Shown here in pieces: positions 1-13,800 of a DNA stretch of 64,000 nt. Each line of letters opens with the position of its first letter. Position 1 is the first letter of the stretch. The notes beneath the pieces are model-generated. The model had not been told where the DNA came from. It searched no databases and saw only the letters and a program-made list of their open reading frames with translations. This DNA comes from Azolla caroliniana (Eukaryota > Plantae > Polypodiophyta), in NCBI GenBank assembly GCA_043228905.1, contig JBHGNT010000004.1, positions 25,420,001 to 25,484,000 of the forward strand. Direction: 5' to 3'. Position numbers and translations under genes: made by a program.

Positions 1-108
1 TATGCCTGAGTTTATTTTGTGGTTTTTTGGGAGCAAAATGAATTCCTTTTGTTTGTTATTGAATTTGAATAATATCCATCTGTTAAAGAAAAGAATTATG
101 CTTTGCAG

Positions 109-2921
109 TCCTATGGGAAAAAGATGCATCTCGAAAGAGGACCAGAAAATAGTGAAAGAGAAAGGTCTAGCTGTTATAGACTGCTCTTGGGCTCGGCTTG
201 ATGATGTTCCTTTTGCAACATTGAAGTGTGGATCACCTCGCTTAAGTATATGCTCAGTTTGTACCTTCCAAGTCAATAAAGCAAATGGACACTAGTATAT
301 AACATTTCAAACTTGTGTTTCTTTTATGCTGAAACGATGCATTGAAAGCTGAAAATCATTAAAATGAAGAACCTCTAAGGCTTTGAGTTTTTCTTTGGTT
401 AGTGCCATGGCTTGTGGCAGCCAATCCAGTTAATTATGGCAGGCCTTGTGAACTCTCTTGTGTTGAAGCTCTAGCTGGTGCTCTGTATATTTGGTAATTT
501 TTGTCATTGAATTACCGTGCAATATTTGAAGACTTAAACTGTTGAAGGCGGTGTTCTTATTGTGTCAATGTGAAGCTTCCAGTGGTGAAGATAGGGCTTG
601 TGGTATCCTTTTGGACAAGTTCAAGTGGGGCCATGGATTTATCTCACTAAACAGGTAGATTGGCTTAAGTTGCTTTTTTACCTTTATTTATAGGGATATT
701 GTTTGCCCGTTAAATCACTTCTCATTAGATTATACTAGTAAACAAAGACATACACATGACACACTTATGTTTCCATGGAATTAAAAAGAGTAGATACTAT
801 ATGCCTAAATACTCATGACATTTCCAAGTGGTGGTGAATTCAGTGGGGATGACTACACAATCAGTTATAGCCTTCTCTCTAGTCACAAATATTAAAGATC
901 TGGCTGGGTTTAATATAAATTATTTTCTAATGGGTTTTGTCAACATCAAATTACAGATTGGCCAAGCTTATGCTTGTCTTTGAGTAAGATCTAGTGCTGT
1001 TAGAGGCTTCATCAGTTGAGCTTTCTTTAACGCAACCATAATTTCTCTTATATGATAGGTTATTTCTGAAGTATTGCCCTTGTATTTTTTTTTCTTGCTA
1101 ATACATTGAGTTATTTTGTGCAATCTAGTAACATCTTTTTCACATAGACCATAGTTAGGCAGCAGCAAATTGGTTTGCGTGTTTGAATCCATTGGCTATT
1201 AATGAGAGCTTGTGGATAAAATAGAAAACTTGTGAGATAGTTCACAAAAGATAGAATCCTTAGGATTTGAGAATATAATTTATATTGTCCATGAGGAGGC
1301 CAAATTTAACTATGGGACCAAATAAACATACCATCTTGTATGTGACACTTTCCTAACTTGAGAATCTCACATGTGCCGAAAACCAGATTCCCGCATCTCT
1401 TTTTATTTTATTCACTTTTATATTTACCGAGTAATATTTATTTTATTTTGATTTGTTGTTCTCAAAGACGAGACAATGTTTAAGATGTCTTAAAAGCCAC
1501 TTTGGCCTCTTAAAAGACGTTAATATATCTTTCTTTCTTTCTTTCTTTCCAAGCAAGGGGGTTACTACTCTGTAGTAGAAACTTCCATGTTAAAATAGTG
1601 CATACATGTAAACATACCATATTGTATATGATGCCTTCCTAAGAAAGGGGGTTACTACTCTGTAGTAAAAAAACGTCCATGTGAAAATAGTGCATGCATG
1701 CATGTGCTCACCCTTCTTGGTGAGGGTTTGACTATGTGTTTAATAAGCCATCATACTTCGCGAGAATTTACCTTATACGGCGAGCATGCAATTTGAGAGA
1801 GAATGAAAGAAAATACTCTCGGGACGTTACCAAAGATAGGTTCAAGCATATGTTCACCTGAAACTGCTGTTGATGGAGCCTCCCTCTTGTGACCTTCATG
1901 TTTTGTTGCAGGCTACAAAGTAGTAAACAATGTTTTTTCTTAAAAGCTCTTCAGCATTAGCATATGGGATTACCATCTTGTCTAGAAGTCTTGTTGAACT
2001 TTAAATATCAAAGGCTTTCAGATTGTGACTATTAAAGACATGGATACACACTTTAGGGAAGCATACGAAACTAACGTAGTTAGTGTAAATATTTGCTTAT
2101 TTATTCTATTTCATGTAGAGAGCTGCTGGATGCTTACAAAGACTGTAGCACAGGGGCAGAAGTAATTCAGGCACAAAATCTGTGGCTTGCAACTCAATCA
2201 GATATGAAGAGAACTCCAAACATTCTTGGTATTGTATCTTTTTGTGCATTCTTACCTCTTGTGAGTTGCGTGACTATCAAATTACTAGGATTTGAAGGAA
2301 TAATTATTGGAGTAAAAATCAACTGGAGTTTGTAAAATAAAGAAATGAAAAGACTATTAGTAAGGTTGAATTTTTGTATGTGTATATTAAATATAACACC
2401 TACTTAATCTATGTGGTTGCTATGCTATATGATTATTTACATAAGTGGGTGTGTGCTTGTACATAGTTCTATAATGTGTGGGTGTTTTATAATTATGAGT
2501 GGGATTGCCGAAATTGGCTTGAAACATCAGCTATTACAAAGTTTCTGTTTCTACTGCAGATTTGCAAGCAAAGAGCCTTTCTATGTTAAGAATTGGAAAG
2601 ACAAAACATGAAGGAAATGGTATGTGTATTTGTATGTGTAGGATAGACAACGTGACAGAAAAGAATGATACATAAGTATGGGAGTGTCTAATATTTCCTA
2701 AATTTATGGCGTGTTCATTTAATATATTTTTTCTTACAGATTCTGAAGATATATCAAGTGAGGATGATGACTTACCGCCATTGGAACGGAATCCTAATCA
2801 TGTGGAATCAGAAGATAGCAATGGAAATGAAAGTGAAGATGATGTGCCACCATTAGAACAAAATCCTAATCATATATACCATGAAGAAGGTAGTGATGGT
2901 GTCGATATTGAAGAAGCTTAA
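109..2921 (+). CDS. TSR3: 18S rRNA aminocarboxypropyltransferase TSR3 (5' part outside the window); exons approx. 109-245, 403-493, 583-654, 2119-2228, 2740-2921
   Basis: The spliced translation gives [17 protein letters not shown]...[35 protein letters not shown]...[22 protein letters not shown], the diagnostic TSR3/DUF367 motifs, followed by an acidic tail. GT-AG junctions keep the frame. Confidence 0.93.
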
Positions 2922-3195
2922 TTTAAGAAATGTTTTTTCTACATGTTTATGTGAACCAAAGCTTCAAATGATCTAAGCTTTAAAGACGTGTTTCTATTTT
3001 TAACGAGCACGGTATTGGATTGATCATTACAATTAAAACAAAATCCTAAATCCTATATGCCATTGAAACGATAGTGATGGTGTCTATTTTAAAGTATAAT
3101 TCTACATGTTTATGTGAACCAGAGCTTCAAATGCAATGATTAGGATGTGTTTCTATTTTTAATGAGCATGGTATTGGATTGATCATTATTATTAG
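2755..3195 (+). repeat. Imperfect tandem duplications spanning the TSR3 C-terminus and 3' UTR
   Basis: The peptide repeat [15 protein letters not shown] / [14 protein letters not shown] is followed by a third DNA copy (caattaaaacaaaatcctaaatcctatatgccattgaa...tagtgatggtgtc) near 3030-3085. The UTR block tctacatgtttatgtgaacc...gtattggattgatcatta occurs twice. Confidence 0.75.
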
Positions 3196-4532
3196 AGTAA
3201 CACAAAGATTGTGGTGTGAGATTTTCACAAAGGTTTATTGATGGGGGAAAAACGTGGGCAAATCTTACTCAAACCATTTTAAATGCCAGGGATAACATCA
3301 TTGTTTTTTATCATGAAGGAATGAAAGGAAACGAAAAGTATAATAATATGTGAGCAAAATATTACAAGCCAAAGCTCAATCCGACAACATTGATCCCCTA
3401 TCTGTTATGAAATATACTTCATGTCTAGTCAAAAGTGGATACCTCAATGAAATTCCTAAATTCCATAGAGACATAAATCTTGAGTACTGCCTGATTTTTC
3501 AAATTGAGTGATGTGTTTCTTTGTGATTATAAACGGTATTTTGTGAACAATTTGCTCTTGAGAAATGCAAGATTAAGAGATTCAACAAGAAGGTAACGTG
3601 TTCTTGAAGGAAAATTAGAAAAATATATCCATTGTAATTAGCTTACCCTAGTGGTAAGTCCTTTACACTACTAGCACTGCAACTTTTCTATTTTTATTTT
3701 ATTTTTATTTTATTTTATTTTATAGTTTTGATGATTGGATAAATACCCATTTTGTTGTATACCAATTGTCTCATGGGCCAAATTTGGCCTTAGAAGATGT
3801 TAATATATCTTTCTTTCTTTCTTCTTTCTGAGCTCCACCATACCATGGTTGCATAAACGAAGTTTTGTTGGGATGTGGGGAAAAAATTATGCACAAATAG
3901 ATGACTTTTTGCCTCTAATATTCCCAGTGGTCTCAGTTATGAGTGTGAATCAAATAAATGATTTTGGAGACAAAAGGTCTCACTTGATTTGACTATCCTT
4001 ATTTTAATATGTCTGAGCATCCACAATGGTGAATTGAACCAAAGATTTCTGCAAGAAGTTGTGTGACACACATCATTTCTCTTGTAATTGAATGTGATTT
4101 GCAATAAAATCTCTCCTAACTTTGTAAGCACATAGTGTGACGAGGTTCTTGGGTGCATGTGAATCCTAATGTCATTGTGAAGGTTACATGAAGAAGGAAA
4201 TAAAGCCTAAGGGCGGTAACTAATAGAAAAGGAATTTCAATATGCACGAGTTTATTTCATCTAGTTCACCATACTTGCTTAGTTTCCTTCTTTAACTTGT
4301 TGATGGGGAATTTTGAAATGTTGAACCAACTAAAGACCTCTTGTATTTGTATGCTTTATCACCAAATGTGTATAACATGTGCACCACAAATAGGGGAGGG
4401 GAGTTAGGACATGCAATGGGTTGTTTAAGTCTCTAATTATATATCATTATCATTTGTGGTAGGACATAGGTTGGATGTATACTTATGATTCATGAAGGTG
4501 ACAATTTGTAACAAACTTTGAATTATTCCCAA

Positions 4533-4817
4533 CATAGTATGAACCATACGTACCATACGTGCATTCGCATTCGCGAATGATTAAATCATTCGCGAAAGAA
4601 AAACACCCTCAAAGAATGATAAATATCATACTTTTGGATTAACTATTTATTATGAGGTAGATAAGCGTAAAAATGAAAAAAAAACAAAAAAAAACATTAA
4701 AAAAATGGGAAAAAAACAAAAAAAAAAACACAAGAATGTTAGGATAACATTCGCATTCGTTTTCCAACGTAGGAAAACGAATGTTATACTAGACGAACAC
4801 GAATTTTACGTACTATG
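4533..4817. mobile_element. hAT-type MITE (non-autonomous)
   Basis: TIRs CATAGTATGAA / TTACGTACTATG, a perfect 8-bp TSD ATTCCCAA (4525-4532 and 4818-4825), and subterminal CATTCG/CGAATG repeats forming palindromes. Confidence 0.85.
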
Positions 4818-6782
4818 ATTCCCAATATATCTTTGAAGTTATGAAACTAGTATGTAATTTTTTTTATAACTTAGAACCTTACCAAGTATATAAAACCATT
4901 TATTGAACAACTGTGATGTACTAAGGTTGACATTTTCTTGTCTTTTATGTCCAAAAGGTCTTACACAACAAAGTAACAAGGTTGTTGACAAACCAAATAT
5001 AAGCCAACATTATGATTACATTGAGGAGCTTTTCATTTTTTAAAATAATTTTGTTAGACTAATAGTAGAGTTGGAAAAAGCAAATCTCATATTCGTCAAG
5101 TACAATGTACACTCCTGATGTATGTTTGCAACATTTGTTAATCCATTGTCTTTGAACGAGCTCACTTAGATTATTCTTTTGTTTGTTGATGCAACACACT
5201 TTTTAATAATAACCACCAATGCAAAACCATTTGTGTGCCATCTTATAACTTTCAAAATTATATGTTCATCATTGGATAAAGTAAGTTAAGGATGCAACAC
5301 ATTGAGAAAAATAAAACAACCCATGGGAGTTATGCATTCTTATGTTTTTAGTTTTATTATCCAACTTTAGTGATTAGAGTATCAAGTGGCATCATTGCCT
5401 ATCATATTATATGGTTAAGAATAGAGTCATGGATGTGAGGAAACCTTTTTCATTTTATATTGTAGCTTGTCAATTTGGCTTGCTCATGACCATTTGATAG
5501 AAAAATAATCTTGCCATGTTCTGTATTCCATGAATTGTCATGCGTTAGTTGGATGTGCGATGCTAGATTCTTATTGAATCCTTCCAAGAATATTTTTTTA
5601 ACATTTTGACGATGGGCTATCCATTATTGGGAACATTTTAGCATAGTTCATCATACACTTCACATAAAGTTACAAAACACCTCTAAAGACTAAAACATAA
5701 CACCATAACATATTTAAAAAAAAACCAACACGTGAATAAATAGTTAATTTTGTCAAATTTGGGTTTTTTTCTTACATTAAAGCGCACATTATACTATATA
5801 AATACCAAGACATGTTAACATATGTTAGAGTTGATTGGTGTATGGATGTGTTACATAAGAAACAAATTTATGCTTTGCATATGACCAAAATATAGTGGAA
5901 GCCAAACACCATGCAAGTGTGCACCAATCAATCAACCCAAATAAGGGTAAAATGAAAAACTTTGAATCTTGCATCAACAAGTTGGACAAGAACCTGTATG
6001 TCTCACATTTATTTTTGTGAACGATGTTTTGTGCTACAAAAGCATGCACTTCCATCGATGTAACAAGTTCTTTAACATAGTCTAAATTGGGGTATGTTGT
6101 TTGATAAGAAGGTGACTACTTGAAACTATGATTTGGTGACCAATGGTTTCATCCCAAACCAATATAAGTTTCCTTCACCACACCACATTGCACCAATCTT
6201 CGACCTTGGACTAATGCGAGCATGAGAGGAGTAATTCATGCCACATTGATAATAATTTGCATCCCTACCCTCCTCAATTAGCCCATAACAAAAAAGATAG
6301 GTTGCATGGATATGTAGGGTAGGAGGCACATAAACTAGTGAAAAAAGATGGTTATTTGGAATTGCAAGGCAAGAGTTACATAGACTAGTGAAAAAAGACT
6401 AGTTTCTCCAAAAATGTGTGAGGCAAACATATACTCCCCCAGAATCTCCTCTTCCTACATTTGATGAAGGTGAAATAATAATACCACCACCACATGTCAT
6501 GCATTCACTCATTAGAGAAGTCCCCTTGATACAACAATTTTGCATGACAAGCATCCATCCATTTGTAGGAGAGGATTTGACAGACGCTCTAAGGAAGATA
6601 CATGCTTCACAAAACAAATAAGAGACCCTTGAACAAAATCACATAAACTAGTGAAAAAGGCGGGTTTCTGGAAATGTGAGACATGAGTTACATAGATTAG
6701 TGAAGAAGGAGACGTTTTCGAAAATGTGAGGCAAACTAATACAGCCTTACCAATGCCTTTGACATTTTTTTGCTAAAAAATG

Positions 6783-6827
6783 CACATACACATACACATA
6801 CACATACATAGCTCTATGGTAAGAAGC

Positions 6828-6918
<91 letters not shown>

Positions 6919-6963
6919 TACATATACACATATACACATACACATACACATACATACATACAT
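6783..6963 (+). repeat. (CATACA)n hexanucleotide microsatellite directly upstream of the TraB-domain gene start
   Basis: About 180 bp of catacacataca..., interrupted by a duplicated catagctct[a/g]tggtaagaagca block. Confidence 0.95.
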
Positions 6964-6988
6964 AGCTCTGTGGTAAGAAGCAGAGTCC

Positions 6989-9423
6989 ATGGCGGCAGCA
7001 GCTCTGCAGAGATCGAGGGAGGCAGCGAGGAAGGCTCTAACCTCCATGGGACCATCTGCGACAGTTCTTCACAACTCTTCTCAAAAGCATGGAGAGCTCT
7101 ACCTCGTCGGAGTCAGCCACGTCTCCCCCACCAGTGCAAATCTGGTCCAGAAAGTAAAGTTGCTCTCCATCTCTGCTCTTCCATCTTTGGGATAAAACCA
7201 CAGTATAAATCATCATCGTCACCACCGTCATCACCACCATCCTCATCATCCTCGTTATCATCCTTTCTGCAGGTCATCAGGGATGTCCAGCCAGATGTAG
7301 TTGCGGTACGCTTTTTGGATGTGTTTTGAGTCACTTCATTTTTAGTTCTGTTCCCTTTTTTCAGTTTTCCTTTCCAAATGCTATTAGTATTTCTTCACGT
7401 ACAGGGTAGTATTTTCGTAGCACATCTCATGGAAGGTAATTTAGGTAGGCAAAGCTTGTATTTGTCAACATATTTTTTAGATTGTTTCCTTAGAAGAGCA
7501 GGGAAAAAATTGGATGATTCAAGAAAGCAAATAAAATGGTGACACACATATAATTTATTTAGATGGAATTCTTAACACAGTTTACACTTTAGCAAATTTC
7601 AAGAAGGTAGAGAGGGACACAATGGGCAGAGATTGCAGTGAGTTATAGGGCCCTTTTGTCACCCAGAATACCATGTTCACATGAATGTTTATCACTGGAA
7701 ATCTGTAGAATTGAGAATGCATGTGAATATACACTGTGGGTGGGAGTTCAATTAGAAGAATGGAAATTTGGTGCCACATCATGACCTCGCTGCCAATGTC
7801 AGCTGAACTGGCTCTTATCTTCCAAAGTTAAAAAGGATGTGATAGATTTTTAGTCTGGTTCAAAACTACTCCCTGGATAAAAAAGAGAGTTGATGTGCCA
7901 ATGGTATAGGGTTTAGGAGGAGAAAACTATCTAATGAGGCTCAAACAACATTTTTTTGAAGCAGACAGGCTACAGGAAATTGTGCTATGTTTAAATTGAA
8001 ATCAGGTGAGCCACATGCATACTAATGTGTGCAGACATATACTTTCTCCCCTTTTCGATCTGGGCGGTAGTTTTGACTCGGGTTTAAATGATATAATGAA
8101 AGCTGCATCTGCTCATAACAATTGGGGTAAAGTCCTCGTACTAAAACTTGTCTAGACACAAAGTAATCAATGTTGGATGGCATGGTCACCACTTTACAAA
8201 GCATTCAACAACAAACCAAGATGCTACTTTCCAATGTAAAATTCCAAGGTCTCTAAGCTATGCTTGTATCCATTGTGAACAAAGAAGGTCTCAAATCCTT
8301 TTGTTTTTTGTGCTAGTGATTGTTCCTTAATTGAGAAGCCTCATATGAGTAATAGTCATCATTGCTTTACCTGAGAATTCATTCCAATGCTGTCATCTTA
8401 GTCTCAATACTAATATTTGGGCGTTTTTGACAGCTTGAGTTATGCAAGACTCGAAGCAAATCTGCCATCCTCACGGAAGTGAATTGTGAAAAGTACAAAC
8501 CATGGGAGTTCTTTTCTATTCCAGGAACGCTCACACAGAAGCTTGTCACATACATCGGAACCAATGCCTATGCTGCTTTTGAAGCCAAGGGTCTCAAACC
8601 AGGTGCAGAATTGAGAGTAAGCATATCTTATCATTTGTTTTGAAATACATATTACCTTTTCACATTATAAATCTCAACATCTAGCTAGCACTTGCATGTT
8701 TTCTAGACTGCTGTCGAAGAGGCTCGGACAATTGGAGCGAGAATAACATTTGTGGATCGCGATATTAATGTATTTTTATAATTTTGAAATTTTTTTGCAT
8801 GTTTCTACTCATGTACATTGGCCCTTATTTTCTTACAAATGCCATTTCAGGTCACATTGGAGAGGGTTGCAGAACATTTATCATTGAAAGATGCATTCTA
8901 TTTCCTATACGACAACAAACGGATTCGCATTGAGTATCGTGAGCTCCTATTATCCCTCCGGGAAGCACGACTTGGCAATGTTGATGCGATTAAGATGTTG
9001 CATCTTTCTTGGGAGGTGGTGGAGTTATTGAGAGTATATTTTCCTCAACTGGTATGCACTGTCATCATGAAACTTCGATGCTAGAGTAATGTCCCACTGA
9101 GTTTCAATAACATCATGGAAGAAAAATATGTATATATTTAAAATCTAGTCTCACACATAATGGAAATTAGGTTATAAAAGAGAAATTGAATTAAAATAGA
9201 AAGTTTCACCTTTTATGCATAGAAATGTTTTATATTATATGTAAATGGTTGAGATATGCTTGATGCTGATTGTTTTATGCTACAGATGAATGCAGTTATT
9301 GATGAGAGGAATGAGTTCATGGTAAAGAAACTTCGAGAGATTGAGGGAACTGTAGTTGGTGTTGTTGGTGCTCTTCATATTCCTGGGATGCAAAAGATTT
9401 GGCAAGAAGCTGAAAGCACTTAA
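6989..9423 (+). CDS. TraB/PrgY/TIKI-family (TRABD-like) protein; exons approx. 6989-7153, 7273-7305, 8434-8616, 8707-8769, 8851-9051, 9286-9423
   Basis: The spliced translation contains LYLVGVSHVS, VIRDVQPDVVA|LELCKTR, GLKPGAELR|TAVEEARTIGARITFVDRDIN|VTLER, VIDERNEFM and VVGVVGALHIPG. These are the conserved TraB-family motifs, and the splice sites are canonical. Confidence 0.88.
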
Positions 9424-9899
9424 AGTCTCTTGTATTTGGATTGCATAAAATTTTGTAGTACAATTGATGGCAGAAAGTCTTGCCAGATAAATTGATATTG
9501 CATCTGTAGATCATCACCTGCAAATACATATTGAAATCTGCCATCAATAATCTAGGCCTAACTTCTTGGACAATTTGAGCCAATGTAAGACAAGTACTTG
9601 TTCAACATGCTTGGATTTTTAATCAGAGTTGAGATTTTGAAAGATGAATGTCTGGGTCAAAGTTTGATTTTTATTGCGGTTAATGATGCTTTGGAGCTTA
9701 ACATATATATGAGCATGGCTAGGGCTAGGGTTAGGGCTAGAGTAACTCGCTTTGAACTATTTATCCTGTGGTGTTTTATCAACATGGTACTCAAATACAA
9801 GAAGATGAATGTATTTGAGAGGCATAAGAACAACTAAGACCCTCCACTCCTGTGAAGAATTTGATTATGTGGCTTAGCTTCAAAGACTACATGGTGGAT

Positions 9900-10850
9900 T
9901 TATGCTGAAAGTAATGGTCATCCATAAGCTAAAAAGCTTCATAGAAGCAACCAACATTCGTCTTTGGTTGAAAGAGATGCACAAAGAGATGAAAGTGGGA
10001 GATTGAGATGTGGGACCTCATGTGCTCTCTGCTATAGGTTGTCAATGGATATACAAGGTAAAGTACAGGTTTGATGACTCCATGAAATCCATACAAAACT
10101 CAGCACATTGCTAAAGGCTACAAATCCACACCATCAACTATGATGAGACCTTTGCGCACATGGCAAAGATGACGGTTTTGCAGATTGAACAACAATCACT
10201 ACAATGGAGGGTTGGTGGTGACAACTCCCTCTACATGCAATTTGACTCTCATAGTGCCATATTCATCTTCCCATATGTTGATAACCTAGTGATCAAAGGA
10301 GAGCATTTGGTTTCCATCAAGAAAGTGATATCTACTCATTTCAAATGTAGGATAAGATGAGTTTCATTGCATTGGGATTATCCACACGTCCGTAGGGGAT
10401 CCTATTTTTCCAATATTATTGCATCTTAAATTTTTTGGTTTGTTCAATTTTGGCCTAAAAATTTTGCAAGTCAATTGTGACATTGATAAACCATAAATTA
10501 AGAACAAAGTAAACTCCACCTCTAACGTTAGTGATCTGACAAGCTATGAGAAAATAATATGAAGCCTTCTCTAATTGACAATCATTTGCATTGACCTCAA
10601 CTACTTGATTGGCCTCTTTAGCCAATTCATGCAAGCATCATGCAATGGGCACCTTAGATTACGCCAGGGGTTGTTGTGTGATATATGAGTGGCACCGGGA
10701 TGCAACATAATGTGGCACAAGATTTGTTATGACTTGAAGGCTATACAAAGGTGATTGGGTTGCTAGCTCAGTGGATCGACATTAAATATGGAGCTTTGCA
10801 TTCTCATTGAGAAGGGCTTCACTCCTAGAGTAGCGACAAGCATCTGTATG
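9900..10850 (+). mobile_element. Highly degenerate Ty1/Copia reverse transcriptase/RNase H remnant
   Basis: Broken frames give AIGCQWIYKVKY, INYDETFAHMAKMTV and FPYVDNLVI (YVDD-like), with many stops and frameshifts. Boundaries are approximate. Confidence 0.7.
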
Positions 10851-13800
10851 TGGTTGGTTCTAGTGGACACCTTTTGGTCCTTATTCTCTCTCCCTTATGT
10901 CCATTAAGAGTCTTGATTCCACGTAGCTTTTCCACACTAGTTAATTGAGATATACATGTTTTGTATGTAACAATTATCTATTCAACTGAGATGCCTCATA
11001 TGTTGCTTATATGGTAATTATCAATTTACTTAAGATAAAAATATTATTTAAGTCATGTAGTAATTACATGCATATCAATGTTAGCTTCACTTAAGAAGCC
11101 TTCTAGATTTCCATTGTTACACGGAGTCAAGATGTAAGTACTTTTATGTGTTGAAGTATGATATGGTCTTTGCCATTAAGAAGTGACCCCCCAATCCTTG
11201 ATTAGCTCACCCAAGAAAGGATGCCTCGTGAGACGCAATAATGATCCTTGGAAGTGCAACATTCCTTGATCATGAACAAAAATGGTGACCTTGTATCATG
11301 CCCTTGTTTTTCTGTCAACTTCTAGATTTGATAATTATCTTCATTTTTTGTCGAGGACACAATTTTGATTATTTGATATAGCTAGACATTTAATGAATAT
11401 CTCCTCCAATACTCTATGAGTGGCCATGAGTTTTAGAGGCAATAGTGAAATTTGCATTATTTGCTTTTATGAGCCATCCATGAAAATATTCAAACTTGGA
11501 TTTATTTTTCGTATCTAAAACCAAATCGGATATTTCATATCTTACTTTGTAACTTGTTATTGGTGCTTTTTAATGAAATTTACCTTTTGCTATGCTAATC
11601 TATCAATGTGAAGAGAGATAACTTAATGCATGAAAAGACTAGTCCAACATTATTATGTTGGCTCTACGATTTAATTGAACTTCCATTCCTTCCTAGATAT
11701 TTGCACAACCTTTCTGAATGTATGGGTTGCTATTCTACAGTGGTATCTTGTAAATCTATAACCGTTACTAATCATGTGATGTATGTGTTTGAACTAACAT
11801 TTCTTCTAGCTTTTTGCCTTTACCTAAATTTTTGTCAAATAGACACACCTAAAATTTTCTATTCTCTCGAGGAATTTTTGTTTTAGTGATTTGAAACATA
11901 ATCCAATTACTCTTACTTGTTGAACATGCACATCTAACCCTCTCACATGGTCCAACTCAACCCTTCAAATGCTTGAAATATTGTAATGACATTGACTACC
12001 CAACAATTACCAATAGATAGGTTGTATTTTCACCTGGTCTTCCTGAGATCAAGAGAACAATTAAATCCCTCACATATAATTCAAAGATGTTCTCTAAACA
12101 AAGTTCTAAAAAGCAACAAGGGCAATTTTCTGGCAATCACATGTTTTGATCAAATATAATTCAATATACATAACACATCAATTTTCATTTTTATTAGATC
12201 TTAGACTCTTTTCAAATGCAATATATATAATATTGGTCAATTGAGATGATGTTAGTGCTTGATTTTAACATTGGTCCCATTTTTTGAGATTTCCATTGAA
12301 TATTGAACAAGTCACCCATAGAATAAGTGGTATATCGCAATCAATCACAAAGTTTTGAAATGTGTTGGCTCTTCTTATGTATGCATGGATCATGACATTA
12401 TCAATATTAAAAAACTTGTAGGTCATCAATCATTGCGTAGCAAGAGCATCTCCAACTAATGCAAGTAAAGGGAGAAGCTAATATTGACAAAGAAGCAAAT
12501 GGAATTCTTTTGATTGTTCATTGAATAGTCTTTATACATGTGCAGAATACCACACACACACACACACACACACACACTTTTCTATGCTTTGTGATGTACT
12601 ACTACTAGTAAATTTTCCACAATCATTTTTCTGTTGCCACCTTCCAATCATTGTATATTATCCTCGCCTTTTGTAGGGGCAATGTTGTCACCTTCACTCC
12701 TTGTATTGTGGATAAGACGAGAATGATTTTTTTGGAGCAAATTGGCGTTGCACGCCATCTCAAACTAAAAGTATCTAGAGTTAATAGAATGGACATTCCA
12801 TCAAGATTATTGCTTGAGAATGGAGACACCAAACTTTACATCTTTTAACATCCGTGTTTACAAATTCCAATATATCAAAATCTCAGCATGGAATCTATAA
12901 AGCATTAATTTGAGGGGATTTCTAGTATCTCTTATACAATGTGCAAAGACTTGCACATCCCACTATTTTTAGATAGCAATCTATAGACATCAATATGAGG
13001 GGTGTCCCAATTCTATTTATTTTATGTGCAAAGGATTGCACATTGTGCTTTAACATGCAATGTCGTATTGGTTTATACACAGGGAAACATATAATGGACA
13101 TGTCAATATATGCTCACGTGTCACTTAACAATAATTCATATGTACACACTAGACCGTGTCATTTATATCCCCCCTCCCCCCCCCCCCCCCCAACCATTGA
13201 ATATATAACCAACCACTCACCAATGCTCATGCTCAATTGGTGGGAACCTCCATGGGGACACTCTATGTAATCCTATGTGTTCCTAGACAATACATTGACC
13301 TCTTAAACTTCTCATACACACGGCACCGATCATGCATGATGTCCAATTGACTGCTAGAACTATCGAATTGGATCTCAACCTTCAAAGTCCAACGACTTTG
13401 CCAATTGTCTTGGACCTTTATCCCATCTCGGATCCACACGCGTGATATATCTTTGACCTCATCAAAACACAATCATAGGATGACAATCTTGCAACACAAA
13501 ATGAGGCAATGCGATAAATAAAAATGGGGGAAAGCTATTGAACTTATGCTCAACAAGTTTGTGCATTGTTGGAATGGGCTATATGGCCATTGGGCACAAT
13601 GCTCATCATTTGGAATGTGGGAGCTTCTTTTTTTTTGTTGGAGCCATGATTATTTTTTTTGGGGGGGGTGTTTGATCTATCTAGAAGTGGGTATGATCAA
13701 GTCTCTAAGGCCATAAACTCTCCATCTCGAAAGGCGAAATATGGGTGTGTGCGTGTGTGTGAGTGAGAGAGCTTTTTATCAAATAAACTAATGGAATGGC

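Noticed and set aside
5820-6740. Possible decayed transposon or Ulp1-like fragment with short duplicated blocks (actagtgaaaaa...)
   Set aside because: The motifs are too weak and out of order to assign a family.
6747-7055. ORFs with VYVY/CMCM/HIHI repeats
   Set aside because: These are translations of the (CATACA)n microsatellite.
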